Below, one piece after another: positions 8,319 through 17,139 of a stretch of 64,000 bases of DNA. The notes under the pieces were generated by a model. The model did no database searches. It worked only from the letters and a program-made list of their open reading frames with translations, and was not told the origin of the DNA. This DNA is from Geothrix sp. (lineage in GTDB: Bacteria > Acidobacteriota > Holophagae > Holophagales > Holophagaceae): the NCBI RefSeq assembly GCF_049292215.1, contig NZ_JBATQW010000070.1:14597-78596 (forward strand). The letters are read 5' to 3'. Position 1 is the first letter of the stretch, and each line of letters starts with the position of its first letter. The translations under genes were made by a program, and so were the position numbers.

Positions 8319-10292
8319 TCAGCGCTGAGCTTGTTCCAGCGCCTCCAGCGCCGCCTCCCAGTCGCTCATGGCGTAGGCCAGGTCCGCCTCCAGGTCCTTC
8401 TGGGCGTCCAGGCGGGTGCTGAAGGCCTGCCAGTCCGTGGGATCCATGGCGGCCATTTCCTTCTGGAGCTCCGCCAGACGGGCTTCCAGGTCCGCCACCT
8501 TGGCTTCCGCCTCCGTCACCTGCTTCTCGAAGCGCTTGATGGCCCGCTGTCTGTCCTTGTCGACGGCCACCGGCTTGGCGGGGGGGCTCGGTGGCTTTGC
8601 CGCCGAGCTGGGCTTCGCCTGCGGCGCAGCGGGTTTCTTGGAGGGTTCGGGCTCCTGGCTGCCGGCTTCGTCTTCACTGCCAAGGTCGAGGTCGACCCAG
8701 GCCTGGTGGTCCTCGTAGCCGCCTTCGCGGAATTCGGCCTTCCCTTCGTGGATGCGCAGCAGGGAATCCGCCACGCGGCCCAGCAGGTAGCGGTCGTGGG
8801 TCACCACGATGGCGGCGCCGGTGAAGCTCAGAATGGTGTCCTCCATGGCCTCCATGCTGGGGATGTCCATGTGGTTGGTGGGTTCGTCCAGCAGCAGCAG
8901 GTTCACGCCGTGGCGGATGAGGGTGGCGATGCTGAGCCGGGCCCGCTCGCCGCCCGAGAGGGCCGTGACCGGCTTGTCCACCTCATCGCCGCGGAACTGG
9001 AACTTGGCCAGGAACCCGAGCACGTCCTGCTTCACGGCCTGGGGGGTCACGCCGTGGATCTGCTGGAACACGGTGTTGCGGGGATCCAGGTTGCGGTGGT
9101 GCTGGTCGAAGTAACCCACCTTCACCTGGCTGCCCAGACGGGCCTGGCCGGTGATGAAGGGGATCTCCTCCGAGATGGCCTTCAGCAGGGTGGATTTGCC
9201 GGTGCCATTCAAGCCCACGATGCCCATCTTCTGGCCACGCTTGATCTGCAGCTGCTCCAGGGGCGCGTAGAGCGGCTGCCCGCCCCAGCCCACGCTGGCG
9301 TTCTCCAGCACCAGGGCCACGTCGCCGCTGCGCTGGGTCTCGGGGAAACTGAACTTCACCTTGCGCCGATCCCGGAGGGGTTTCTGGATGCGGTTCAGCT
9401 TGGAGAGGTGCGTGCGCCGGCCCCGGGCCTGCTTGGTGTTCTGCCCCGCGATGTTGCGGCGGATGTAATCTTCCTGGTTCTTGATGTAGGCCTGCTGCTG
9501 CTCGTAGTGTCGCTCCAGCAGTTCCAGCTCCTGTTCCTTCTTCTCCATGAACTCCGAGTAGTTGCCCTCGTAGACCCGCGAGCGCCCCTGCTCCAGCTCC
9601 AGGATCTCGGTGGCGATCTTGTCCAGGAAGTAGCGGTCGTGGCTGATGATGGCCACGGTGGCGTCCACCTCCTGGATGAAGCCCTCCAGCCAGCGGAGGC
9701 TCGGCAGGTCGAGGTGGTTGGTGGGCTCGTCCAGCAGCAGCAGGTCCTGTCCCTTGAGGATGGCCTTGGCCAGCATCACGCGGCTCTTCTGGCCACCGGA
9801 CAGGGTCTCCACGCTGCGCTCGAAATCCGCTGCGCTGAAACCCAGGGATTGCAGGATGCTCTCGGCCCGGGCCCGGATGGTGAAGCCATCCAGGTGCTCG
9901 AAGGCCTCGGTCACCTTCTGGTAGCGCGCCATCACGTCCGTGAGGTCGGCGCCAGCCTCGCCCATGCGGTGCTCCAACTCGCGCATCTCATGCTGCAGCT
10001 TCTCGACGTCGCCAAACGCGGCCAGGGCCTCTTCCAGCACGCTGCCCTGGGTCTCAGGCACCAGGTCCTGGGCGTAGTGGCCCATGCGGATGCCGCGTTC
10101 CTTCGTGGGTTTCACGACCGTGCCGGCATCAGCCTCCAGGTGCCCCAGCAGCAACTTGAAGACGGTGCTCTTGCCGGCGCCGTTGCGGCCGATGACGCCC
10201 CAGCACTCGCCCTCCTGGATGGCCCAGGTCACGTCCTTCAGCACCTCCTGGGGGCCGAAGCGCAGGTCGACGTGGTTGAGGGATGCGAGCAT
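8319..10292 (-). CDS. ABC-F family ATPase (Uup/EttA-like, two ABC domains plus C-terminal coiled coil)
   Basis: 657 aa. Two Walker A sites (GRNGAGKST, GLNGTGKST), two signature motifs (LSGGQKSRV, LSGGERARL), no TM segments, and a charged coiled-coil tail. Confidence 0.9.
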   Translation of the reverse strand: MLASLNHVDLRFGPQEVLKDVTWAIQEGECWGVIGRNGAGKSTVFKLLLGHLEADAGTVVKPTKERGIRMGHYAQDLVPETQGSVLEEALAAFGDVEKLQHEMRELEHRMGEAGADLTDVMARYQKVTEAFEHLDGFTIRARAESILQSLGFSAADFERSVETLSGGQKSRVMLAKAILKGQDLLLLDEPTNHLDLPSLRWLEGFIQEVDATVAIISHDRYFLDKIATEILELEQGRSRVYEGNYSEFMEKKEQELELLERHYEQQQAYIKNQEDYIRRNIAGQNTKQARGRRTHLSKLNRIQKPLRDRRKVKFSFPETQRSGDVALVLENASVGWGGQPLYAPLEQLQIKRGQKMGIVGLNGTGKSTLLKAISEEIPFITGQARLGSQVKVGYFDQHHRNLDPRNTVFQQIHGVTPQAVKQDVLGFLAKFQFRGDEVDKPVTALSGGERARLSIATLIRHGVNLLLLDEPTNHMDIPSMEAMEDTILSFTGAAIVVTHDRYLLGRVADSLLRIHEGKAEFREGGYEDHQAWVDLDLGSEDEAGSQEPEPSKKPAAPQAKPSSAAKPPSPPAKPVAVDKDRQRAIKRFEKQVTEAEAKVADLEARLAELQKEMAAMDPTDWQAFSTRLDAQKDLEADLAYAMSDWEAALEALEQAQR

Positions 10293-10314
10293 GGGAAGAT
10301 TTCAACCTTCAGCA

Positions 10315-10340
10315 AGAAGGCCACCTTGCGGTGGCCTTCT
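10315..10340 (-). terminator. 10-bp perfect stem-loop immediately 3' of tRNA-Ala (terminator or processing hairpin)
   Basis: AGAAGGCCAC-cttgcg-GTGGCCTTCT lies 3 nt downstream of the tRNA CCA end and 22 nt upstream of the ABC-F start. No clear U-tract, so its role (termination versus processing) is uncertain. Confidence 0.5.
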
Positions 10341-10343
10341 GGT

Positions 10344-10419
<76 letters not shown>

Positions 10420-10469
10420 AATCGGGAAGAACCAGTATCCCACCCCTTCCGCGCTTCTGCAAGCACCGA

Positions 10470-12380
10470 TCAGCGGGGAGCCAGCCGCAGCCTGAGCCCC
10501 ACCTGGATGCGGTCGGATTTCAGTTTGTTCCAGGCCTTGAGGTCCTTCGCCGACACCCCGTACTTGCGGGCGATGGTGGCAAGGGTCTCCCCCTTCTGGA
10601 CCCGATGGACTGTCGCCGGGCTGGTGGGGCTTGGAGCCGCTTCGGCTGCGCCGGGAAGGCGGACCTCGTCCCCTGGGTGCAGACCTTTGGCAGCCTCGGG
10701 GTTCAGGCGCAGGAGCTCGCCGAGGGTCACCTGATGGCGCCGCGCCAGCTTCGCCAGCGTATCGCCAGCCTTCGCGCGGAGCGTGTTCCCGGTTGAGGGG
10801 GCGGTCGGCGGAGTTGGCGCAGGAGATCCGGGATTCGGAAGGACGGCCGGGACCTTGGGCGGGACTGGCTCCGCCACCGGTGGCTCCGGCCGGGAAGGAG
10901 CCTGACTCTCCGCTGGCGTTTCCAGGTCCCGGGGCGCCGCCGGAAGCGGCGGCAGCGGGCGATCGCCGAGGGACTTGACGCGCTCAGCATTGGGAACCAG
11001 GTCCCGGGCCTCCACGGGCGACACAGGAGGCGGGGGCACCAGCAGCCGTCTGCCTGGCTGGAACTGGTTCACCGTCAGGTCGTTGGCGAGCAGCAGGTCC
11101 TCGGGACCCAGCTTGAAGCGCTTGGCCACCTTCCCAAGGGTGTCGCCCTTCTTGACGGTATAGCTCTTGAAGTCGAGCCGCTTCCCGTTCGGCATGTGGG
11201 CCAGCTGACGCAGGCAAGCCATGGCCTTGCCCGGCGGCACCCGCAGCAGGTAGGCCCCTGGGGGGGTGGAACCTCTCAGGAGTTCCGGATTCAGGGCTTT
11301 CAGCGTGGCGGCGTCGGTGCCCGCGCAGCGGGCCAGCACGGTGAGACTTGTCATGGAGGGGACGGGAACCGTCTCATAGGCATAGGGCGCCAGCGGTACG
11401 ATCCTGAGCCCGTAGCGCTCGGGGTTCCGGCCTACCAGGATGGCGGCGCAGAGCTCCGGAATGTAGTTCTTCGTCTCAGTTCGCAGCCACCGGGAACGTG
11501 CGAGGTCCCAAAAGTTTCGGGTGCCGACGTTCTGGATGGCCCGCTCCAGCGTGAGCGGGCCGGCATTATAGCTGGAGGCCGCCAGATACCAGTCGCCGGT
11601 GATCTCGTAGAGCCGCTTCAGGTATCGCGCCGCAGCCCGGGTGGCCTTCACGGGATCGCGGCGTTCCTCCACCCAGGCCGTGCCCTTCAGTCCGTAGATG
11701 CGGCCCGTGGAGCGGATGAACTGCCACATCCCCACGGCCTTGGCCCGGCTCTTGGCCTCGTTCCGGAAGCCGGATTCGATCACGGCAAGGTAGGCCAGGT
11801 CGGAGGGCACGCCCTCTTCGGCAAAGACCTGCCGGATCATGGGCATGTACTGCGTGGCCCGGCCCAGGGCGTTCTCCATGAAGCCCCGCTTGGTGGTGCT
11901 GAAGAGGCTCACCCACGTGAGCACCTTGTCATTCAGGTCGATGGGGTAGTCGTAGCTGGCGCCCCGCTCGGCCAAACGCACAAGCTCCAGTTCGGCGCGG
12001 AGTTCGTCGCCACTGATGGTGACCACCTCCTCCTGGGCCTTCAGACCCGGCTCCGGCTCGGCCGCATCTCCTGCGGGGATCTGCTCCTGGACTTCCTTCA
12101 ATCGGAGGAGGAGTTCCTGCACCTCGGGCAGCTTCAGCAGCTCGGGGGACCAGTCTGCGGTGAGGGCGTCGGCCTCCTCGGACCTGCTTGCAGCCGTCTG
12201 TTCATCGCTGGTCTCGACGGCCTTTTCCGCCGCCTCCACCAGCACCCGCAGGCGCTGGACGCGGGCGACATCCGATTCCGGGGCCCGCGCCGGGGAGATG
12301 GTCACCGGAACCTGTGCCGGGGGCGGCGCCTGCAGCGGCACCGTCCCCCAGAGGAGGCTGGCCAGGACCAGAGCTGGCAT
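10470..12380 (-). CDS. mltD: membrane-bound lytic murein transglycosylase D-like protein (SLT domain plus LysM repeats)
   Basis: 636 aa. Signal peptide MPALVLASLLWGTVPLQA. SLT catalytic region LAYLAVIESGFRNEAKSRAKAVGMWQF. C-terminal LysM-like repeats (YTVKKGDTLGKVAKRF, LRAKAGDTLAKLARRH, HRVQKGETLATIARKY). Confidence 0.85.
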   Translation of the reverse strand: MPALVLASLLWGTVPLQAPPPAQVPVTISPARAPESDVARVQRLRVLVEAAEKAVETSDEQTAASRSEEADALTADWSPELLKLPEVQELLLRLKEVQEQIPAGDAAEPEPGLKAQEEVVTISGDELRAELELVRLAERGASYDYPIDLNDKVLTWVSLFSTTKRGFMENALGRATQYMPMIRQVFAEEGVPSDLAYLAVIESGFRNEAKSRAKAVGMWQFIRSTGRIYGLKGTAWVEERRDPVKATRAAARYLKRLYEITGDWYLAASSYNAGPLTLERAIQNVGTRNFWDLARSRWLRTETKNYIPELCAAILVGRNPERYGLRIVPLAPYAYETVPVPSMTSLTVLARCAGTDAATLKALNPELLRGSTPPGAYLLRVPPGKAMACLRQLAHMPNGKRLDFKSYTVKKGDTLGKVAKRFKLGPEDLLLANDLTVNQFQPGRRLLVPPPPVSPVEARDLVPNAERVKSLGDRPLPPLPAAPRDLETPAESQAPSRPEPPVAEPVPPKVPAVLPNPGSPAPTPPTAPSTGNTLRAKAGDTLAKLARRHQVTLGELLRLNPEAAKGLHPGDEVRLPGAAEAAPSPTSPATVHRVQKGETLATIARKYGVSAKDLKAWNKLKSDRIQVGLRLRLAPR

Positions 12381-12384
12381 GGGG

Positions 12385-12768
12385 CTAGTGGCTTTCCGCG
12401 CTCACCAGGGCCGCATAGGCGGTGGCGTCCAGGAGTCCGGCCAGATCGCTGGCCAGCTTGACTTTCACCATCCAGCCCTTGCCATAGGGATCTTCATTGA
12501 CCGCCTCAGGGTGGTCCCCCAGCGAGGCATTCACTTCGAGGATTTCGCCGGCGGCGGGCATGTTCAGCTCAGAGACCGTCTTCACGGATTCGACCGTCCC
12601 GAATTCTTCACCCTCGGCGAAGGAGGTGCCCGCCTCTGGCAGGTCCACGAACACCACGTCGCCCAGGGCCTCCTGCGCATACTGAGTGATGCCCACCAGG
12701 GCAGTGCCATCGCCCGCGGGCTTCAGCCACTCGTGGTCCTTGGTGTATTTCAGGTCGGCAGGGAACAT
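12385..12768 (-). CDS. gcvH: glycine cleavage system protein H
   Basis: 127 aa. YTKDHEWLK and the lipoyl-lysine region VESVKTVSEL. Confidence 0.95.
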   Translation of the reverse strand: MFPADLKYTKDHEWLKPAGDGTALVGITQYAQEALGDVVFVDLPEAGTSFAEGEEFGTVESVKTVSELNMPAAGEILEVNASLGDHPEAVNEDPYGKGWMVKVKLASDLAGLLDATAYAALVSAESH

Positions 12769-12806
12769 GGATCCTCCGGGATGGGTGATTGCACAGATGA
12801 GTGTGA

Positions 12807-13910
12807 CTACCTGGTCCGCTTGTAGAAGGGCGTCGGAATGATCTCGGCGTTGACGGCCCGCCCACGGATCTCGACCTGAATGGTGCCGCCGACCTTGGCC
12901 AGCTCCGTGGGCACATAGGCCAGCCCGAGGTTGATGCCGCAGGTGGGGGAAGGCGCCGCGCTGGTGACGAAGCCGATCTGCTTGCCGTCCTGCACCACGG
13001 GCATGTGGTCGCGGGCGATGTCGCGCTTCTCGAGGGTCTTGAATCCGACCAGCTTGCGGGGGGCCGGAGCAGCCTTGGCGGCCAGGAGGGCCTCGCGGCC
13101 GATGAAGTCGCCGTGGTTCAGCTTCACGATCCAGCCGAGTCCGGCCTCCAGCGCGTGGATGGTGTCGTCGATCTCATGGCCGTAGAGGGCCATCTTGCAC
13201 TCCAGGCGCAGGGTGTTGCGGCAGCCCAGGCCTGCGGGCAGCAGGCCCTTGGGCGTGCCGGCGGCCATGACCGCATTCCAGAGCCTTTCCGTATCCCCAG
13301 CGGCACAGTAGAGCTCGAACCCGTCCTCGCCGGTGTAGCCGGTGCGGCTGATGAGGCACGTGATGCCAGCCACCTCGCCATGGGTGAAGAAGTAGTACCC
13401 GATGGGCTCCAGCTGGGTTGCCGTGAGCGGCTGGAGGATCTCAAGGGACAGGGGACCCTGCAGGGCGATCTGACCCGTCACAGGACTTTCGTTCACCACG
13501 GTGCAATCAAAGCCGGGGGCGTGCTGCTGCACCCAGGCGAAGTCCTTGTCGGAGTTGCCGGCATTGACCACGAGCAGGAACTCCTCGTCTCCCTCCCGGT
13601 AGACGAGCAGGTCATCCACGAAGGTGCCGTTCTCGTAGAGAAAGGCCGTGTAGTGGACTTGGCCGATGGCCAGCGAGGAGACGGCGTTGGGCGTCAGGTG
13701 CTCCACCAGGGCCAGGGCCCCGGGGCCCTTCACGCGGATCTCGCCCATGTGGCTCACGTCGAAGAGGCCAGCCTTGGTGCGCACCGCCTCGTGCTCGGCG
13801 ATGATCCCAGCCGGATACTGGACCGGCATGTCCCAGCCGCCGAAATCCACCATCTTGGCGTTCAGGACCCGATGGGCGGCATTGAGGGGCGTCTTCATCA
13901 GCTCAGACAT
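12807..13910 (-). CDS. gcvT: glycine cleavage system aminomethyltransferase T
   Basis: MSELMKTPLNAAHRVLNAKMVDFGGWDMPVQY...FDVSHMGEI. Start placed at 13910 by homology with the usual GcvT N-terminus; an ATG at 13928 (MATEPL...) is an alternative. The track ORF extends to 14471 antisense into sfsA. Confidence 0.9.
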   Translation of the reverse strand: MSELMKTPLNAAHRVLNAKMVDFGGWDMPVQYPAGIIAEHEAVRTKAGLFDVSHMGEIRVKGPGALALVEHLTPNAVSSLAIGQVHYTAFLYENGTFVDDLLVYREGDEEFLLVVNAGNSDKDFAWVQQHAPGFDCTVVNESPVTGQIALQGPLSLEILQPLTATQLEPIGYYFFTHGEVAGITCLISRTGYTGEDGFELYCAAGDTERLWNAVMAAGTPKGLLPAGLGCRNTLRLECKMALYGHEIDDTIHALEAGLGWIVKLNHGDFIGREALLAAKAAPAPRKLVGFKTLEKRDIARDHMPVVQDGKQIGFVTSAAPSPTCGINLGLAYVPTELAKVGGTIQVEIRGRAVNAEIIPTPFYKRTR

Positions 13911-13933
13911 CAGGGGCTCCGTGGCCATCCAGT

Positions 13934-14674
13934 CTATCGCCGCGGGACCCAGGGCAGAAGGCCTGGCAGTTCCCAGGTCAGGCACCAACGCCCTGTAGCA
14001 TCGGTGCTTGTGACCATTCGCACATTCAAGGGCAGGACGAGGACGCCGGCCTCCGCGGCGCGATCCAGTTCTGCCGCATAGACCGGGTCGATCTCCCGCG
14101 CGGCATCGAAGCGGTCCACGTCCGTGCGGTGGACGAACAGGGCGATGGCGGCGCGGTGCCCTTCCCGAACCATCGCCTGAAGCTCGCGCAGGTGCTTGGT
14201 GCCACGTTCCGTCACGGCATCCGGGAACAGGGCCCAGGGCCCCTCCTTCAGCGTGGTGTTCTTCACCTCGATGAAGACCTGGCGGTCCGCCCCGTCCAAG
14301 GCGAGCACGTCGATGCGGCTGCGCTCGGTCCCATACCTCACCTCGGTCCGGACGTCGTGCAGGCCCGTCAGGCCGGGCAGCGCATCCCGGCGGGCCGCCT
14401 CGGCCACGACCCGGTTGGGCATGCCCGTCTCCACGCCCACCCAGCCGCCTGGGCGTTCCACCGCCAGCCACGTGAACTTGAGCTTGCGCTCGGGGTTGGC
14501 CGCGGGTTCCAGAAGCACGCGATCCCCAGGCTCCCAGCAGGTCTTCATGGAGCCGGTGTTAGTTGTGTGGGCCGTAACGACGCTGCCGTCATCCAGCCGC
14601 ACGTCAGCCAGGAAGCGCTTGTAGCGATGGATCAGCCGTCCCTCCACCAGTCCCGGTTTCTCGACCAGGATCAT
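13934..14674 (-). CDS. sfsA: sugar fermentation stimulation protein SfsA (nuclease-fold DNA-binding protein)
   Basis: 246 aa from MILVEKPGLVEGRLIHRYKRFLADV (SfsA N-terminal signature). Its ATG overlaps the gmhB stop (ATGA at 14671-14674). Confidence 0.85.
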   Translation of the reverse strand: MILVEKPGLVEGRLIHRYKRFLADVRLDDGSVVTAHTTNTGSMKTCWEPGDRVLLEPAANPERKLKFTWLAVERPGGWVGVETGMPNRVVAEAARRDALPGLTGLHDVRTEVRYGTERSRIDVLALDGADRQVFIEVKNTTLKEGPWALFPDAVTERGTKHLRELQAMVREGHRAAIALFVHRTDVDRFDAAREIDPVYAAELDRAAEAGVLVLPLNVRMVTSTDATGRWCLTWELPGLLPWVPRR

Positions 14675-15261
14675 GGCCACCGGGCCAGGATCCAGTCGAG
14701 GGCGTCGGGGAGGCTCTCCGCCACGAGGTCTGCAGCGGATCCGTCCACCCGGGACCCGTAACCGGTCCGGACGAGGGCTACCTGGCAACCGGCCCGGCGG
14801 CCGGCTTCCAGATCGATGCCCTTGTCGCCCACCATCCAGGAGCGGGTCAGATCGAGGCCGTGCTCTTCGGCGGCCCGGAGCAGCATGCCGGGGTTCGGCT
14901 TCCGTTCCGGATGATCCGCCACGGCGTATTCACCGAGGGCATGCTCATGGTGCGGGGAAGCGTAGACAGCGTCGATGCGGGCATTCTCCAGTGCCAGCAG
15001 GGCATCCATGCGACTCATGACGGCGGCGAAGTCCTGCCAGCCGTACCTGCCGCGGCCGATGCCGCTCTGGTTGGTGACCACCACCACCGGGATGCCTCTG
15101 GCGTTCAGGCGGGCCACTGCGGCGGCGGCACCTGGGACCAGGACCAGCTGCTCCGGGTCGCTGAGGAAGTCGACCTCCTCGTTCAGGGTGCCATCCCGGT
15201 CCAGGAAGATCGCTGGCTTCAAGCTCCCGTTCACGGTCAAGGCACCCACTCCGCCACGCAC
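14671..15261 (-). CDS. gmhB: D-glycero-beta-D-manno-heptose-1,7-bisphosphate 7-phosphatase / HAD-IIIA phosphatase
   Basis: AIFLDRDGTLN (DxDGT), VVTNQSGIGRG and MVGDKGIDLEAG HAD motifs. The start is uncertain: GTG 15261, TTG 15240 (overlaps the upstream stop as TTGA) or GTG 15234. Confidence 0.8.
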   Translation of the reverse strand: MRGGVGALTVNGSLKPAIFLDRDGTLNEEVDFLSDPEQLVLVPGAAAAVARLNARGIPVVVVTNQSGIGRGRYGWQDFAAVMSRMDALLALENARIDAVYASPHHEHALGEYAVADHPERKPNPGMLLRAAEEHGLDLTRSWMVGDKGIDLEAGRRAGCQVALVRTGYGSRVDGSAADLVAESLPDALDWILARWP

Positions 15262-16322
15262 ACATCGAACTGGCGGGCACCCCGCGGGGCCCTGCCGCTG
15301 ACCCAGAGCAGCTTCCTGCCATCCGGACTGAAATGGGGGAAGGAGTTGAACACGCCAGTCCAGGTGAGCCGCTCCAGGCCGGTGCCGTCCAGCCTGATCC
15401 GGAAGAGGTCGAAGCCCCTGCCCTTGCCTTCATTGTCGTGATGATTGGTGGCGAAGACGATGCCCTTCCCATCCGGCGTGAAGATGGGCGCGAAGGCCGC
15501 GCCCGGCAGGTTCGTCACCTGCCGCTTGCCGCTGCCGTCGGCGTTCATCACCCAGATGTCCATGTCCATGGGCTCCACCAGATGATGTTTCAGCAGCTCC
15601 TGGTATTTCGCGGAGGCCGCTTCGCCCTTGGGGTAGTTGGTGCGCCACACGATCAGCTTCGAATCGGGGCTGAAGACCGCGCCGCCATCGTAGCCCACCC
15701 CATCCGTGAGGCGCAGCAGATGCTGTCCGTCCAGGTCCACGCGCCAGACATCCACGTCCCCGCTGCGCTCGCTGGTGAAGATCACCCACTTTCCGTTGGG
15801 GGCGACGGTGGCCTCCGCGTCGTACCCGTGGGAGGGCAGGAAGGGCTTTGCATCAGAGCCATCGACGTTGGCGGTGTAGAGGTCATACCCCTGGAATACG
15901 GGCCACTGGTACTTCCCCGGCGTGAATGGTGGCCCCTCGGGGCACTCTGGGCCCGCCCCGTGGGTGCTGGCGAAGATGATCCGTTTGTTCCCAGGCAGGA
16001 ACCAGCCGCAGGTGACACGACCCTTGCCGGTGCTGACGCGCTTTTGGCCGGATCCATCGGCACTCATGGTGTAGAGCTGATCGCATGGATAGCCATCGCG
16101 AGTGCTCTGGAAAATGACCTGCTTCCCGTCGTTCGACCAGTAGGCCTCGGCATTGGAGCCTGTGCCCGTGAGCTTCTGGACATGTCGGAGGTGGACCTCC
16201 TTCACGTGGCGGAGGCCATCGCTCGGTACGGTCTCCTCAGAGGGTGCAGGCTGGCCGTGGGCAGGGGCCTGGGCCGTGGATGGAAGGGCCAGAGCGGCCA
16301 GCAGAAGGAGCTTTCGGATCAT
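15237..16322 (-). CDS. periplasmic PD40/WD40-like beta-propeller protein (TolB-like)
   Basis: 361 aa from MIRKLLLLAALALPSTAQA (signal peptide). Repeated PD40-type blades (WSNDGKQVIFQS, APNGKWVIFTSERSG, FSPDSKLIVW, FTPDGKGIVFATN, FSPDGRKLLWVS). Confidence 0.75.
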   Translation of the reverse strand: MIRKLLLLAALALPSTAQAPAHGQPAPSEETVPSDGLRHVKEVHLRHVQKLTGTGSNAEAYWSNDGKQVIFQSTRDGYPCDQLYTMSADGSGQKRVSTGKGRVTCGWFLPGNKRIIFASTHGAGPECPEGPPFTPGKYQWPVFQGYDLYTANVDGSDAKPFLPSHGYDAEATVAPNGKWVIFTSERSGDVDVWRVDLDGQHLLRLTDGVGYDGGAVFSPDSKLIVWRTNYPKGEAASAKYQELLKHHLVEPMDMDIWVMNADGSGKRQVTNLPGAAFAPIFTPDGKGIVFATNHHDNEGKGRGFDLFRIRLDGTGLERLTWTGVFNSFPHFSPDGRKLLWVSGRAPRGARQFDVCVAEWVP

Positions 16323-16422
16323 GGAGGGAACCTGCCTTTCACAACAGTGACTTCGAAGAAGCATGGCAGAAGTGGCACACTGGTTTAAGAGTGCCAAACA
16401 AAACACCGACGAGGGCGGGTTC

Positions 16423-17139
16423 ATGATCGACAAGCGCGTCAGCAGTGCCCTGGAAGCCGTGAAGGATATCCCCGATGGCGCCCACCTGGCCGTGGGCGGC
16501 TTCGGCCTCTGCGGAATCCCCGAGCACCTCATTTCAGCGCTGGCCCAGATTGGGGTGAAGGATCTCACCTGCTATTCCAACAACGCTGGCGTGGATGACT
16601 TCGGCCTTGGCATCCTGCTCAAGAACCGCCAGATCCGGAAGATGGTGAGCAGCTACGTGGGTGAGAATGCGGAGTTCGAGCGGCAGTTCCTCAGCGGCGA
16701 GTTGGAGGTCGAATTGGTACCCCAGGGCACCCTGGCCGAGCGTATGCGTGCGGGTGGCGCGGGTATCCCCGCCTTCTACACGCCCACAGGAGCCGGCACC
16801 ACAGTGGCCGAAGGCAAGGAGACACGCCTGATCCGGGGCCGTGAGTGCATCCTTGAGGCGGGAATCGTCGCCGATTTCGCCCTGGTGAAAGCTTGGAAGG
16901 CGGACCGCCTGGGCAACTTGGTGTTCCGCCGGACAGCCCGCAATTTCAACCCCATGGCGGCCACCTGTGGTCTGGTCTGCATCGCTGAGGTGGAGGAGAT
17001 CGTAGAGGTGGGAGCGCTGGATTCTGACGCCATCCACACACCGGGCATCTTCGTGCACCGTCTGGTGCTCGGCACGGGTTATGAGAAGCGCATCGAGAAG
17101 CGGGTGACGCGGCAAGGGCCTATTCCATCGGGAGGCTGA
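16423..17139 (+). CDS. 3-oxoacid/acetate CoA-transferase subunit A
   Basis: 238 aa from [34 protein letters not shown]. Also SNNAG and [34 protein letters not shown] upstream. No subunit B gene follows. Confidence 0.85.
   Translation: MIDKRVSSALEAVKDIPDGAHLAVGGFGLCGIPEHLISALAQIGVKDLTCYSNNAGVDDFGLGILLKNRQIRKMVSSYVGENAEFERQFLSGELEVELVPQGTLAERMRAGGAGIPAFYTPTGAGTTVAEGKETRLIRGRECILEAGIVADFALVKAWKADRLGNLVFRRTARNFNPMAATCGLVCIAEVEEIVEVGALDSDAIHTPGIFVHRLVLGTGYEKRIEKRVTRQGPIPSGG

Noticed and set aside
13911-13933. Looked for a glycine riboswitch upstream of gcvT.
   Set aside because: Only about 5-23 nt separate the sfsA stop from the gcvT start, so there is no room for the roughly 100-200-nt aptamer. 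gcvTH appear to be read as part of a longer minus-strand array.
16373-16396. TGGCAC-N5-TTTAA upstream of the CoA-transferase gene as a sigma54 promoter, and the TGGCAC/GTGCCA inverted repeat.
   Set aside because: The -12 element lacks the conserved GC (TTTAA instead of TTGC), and no enhancer-binding protein gene is adjacent. The 6-bp inverted repeat alone is too short to interpret.
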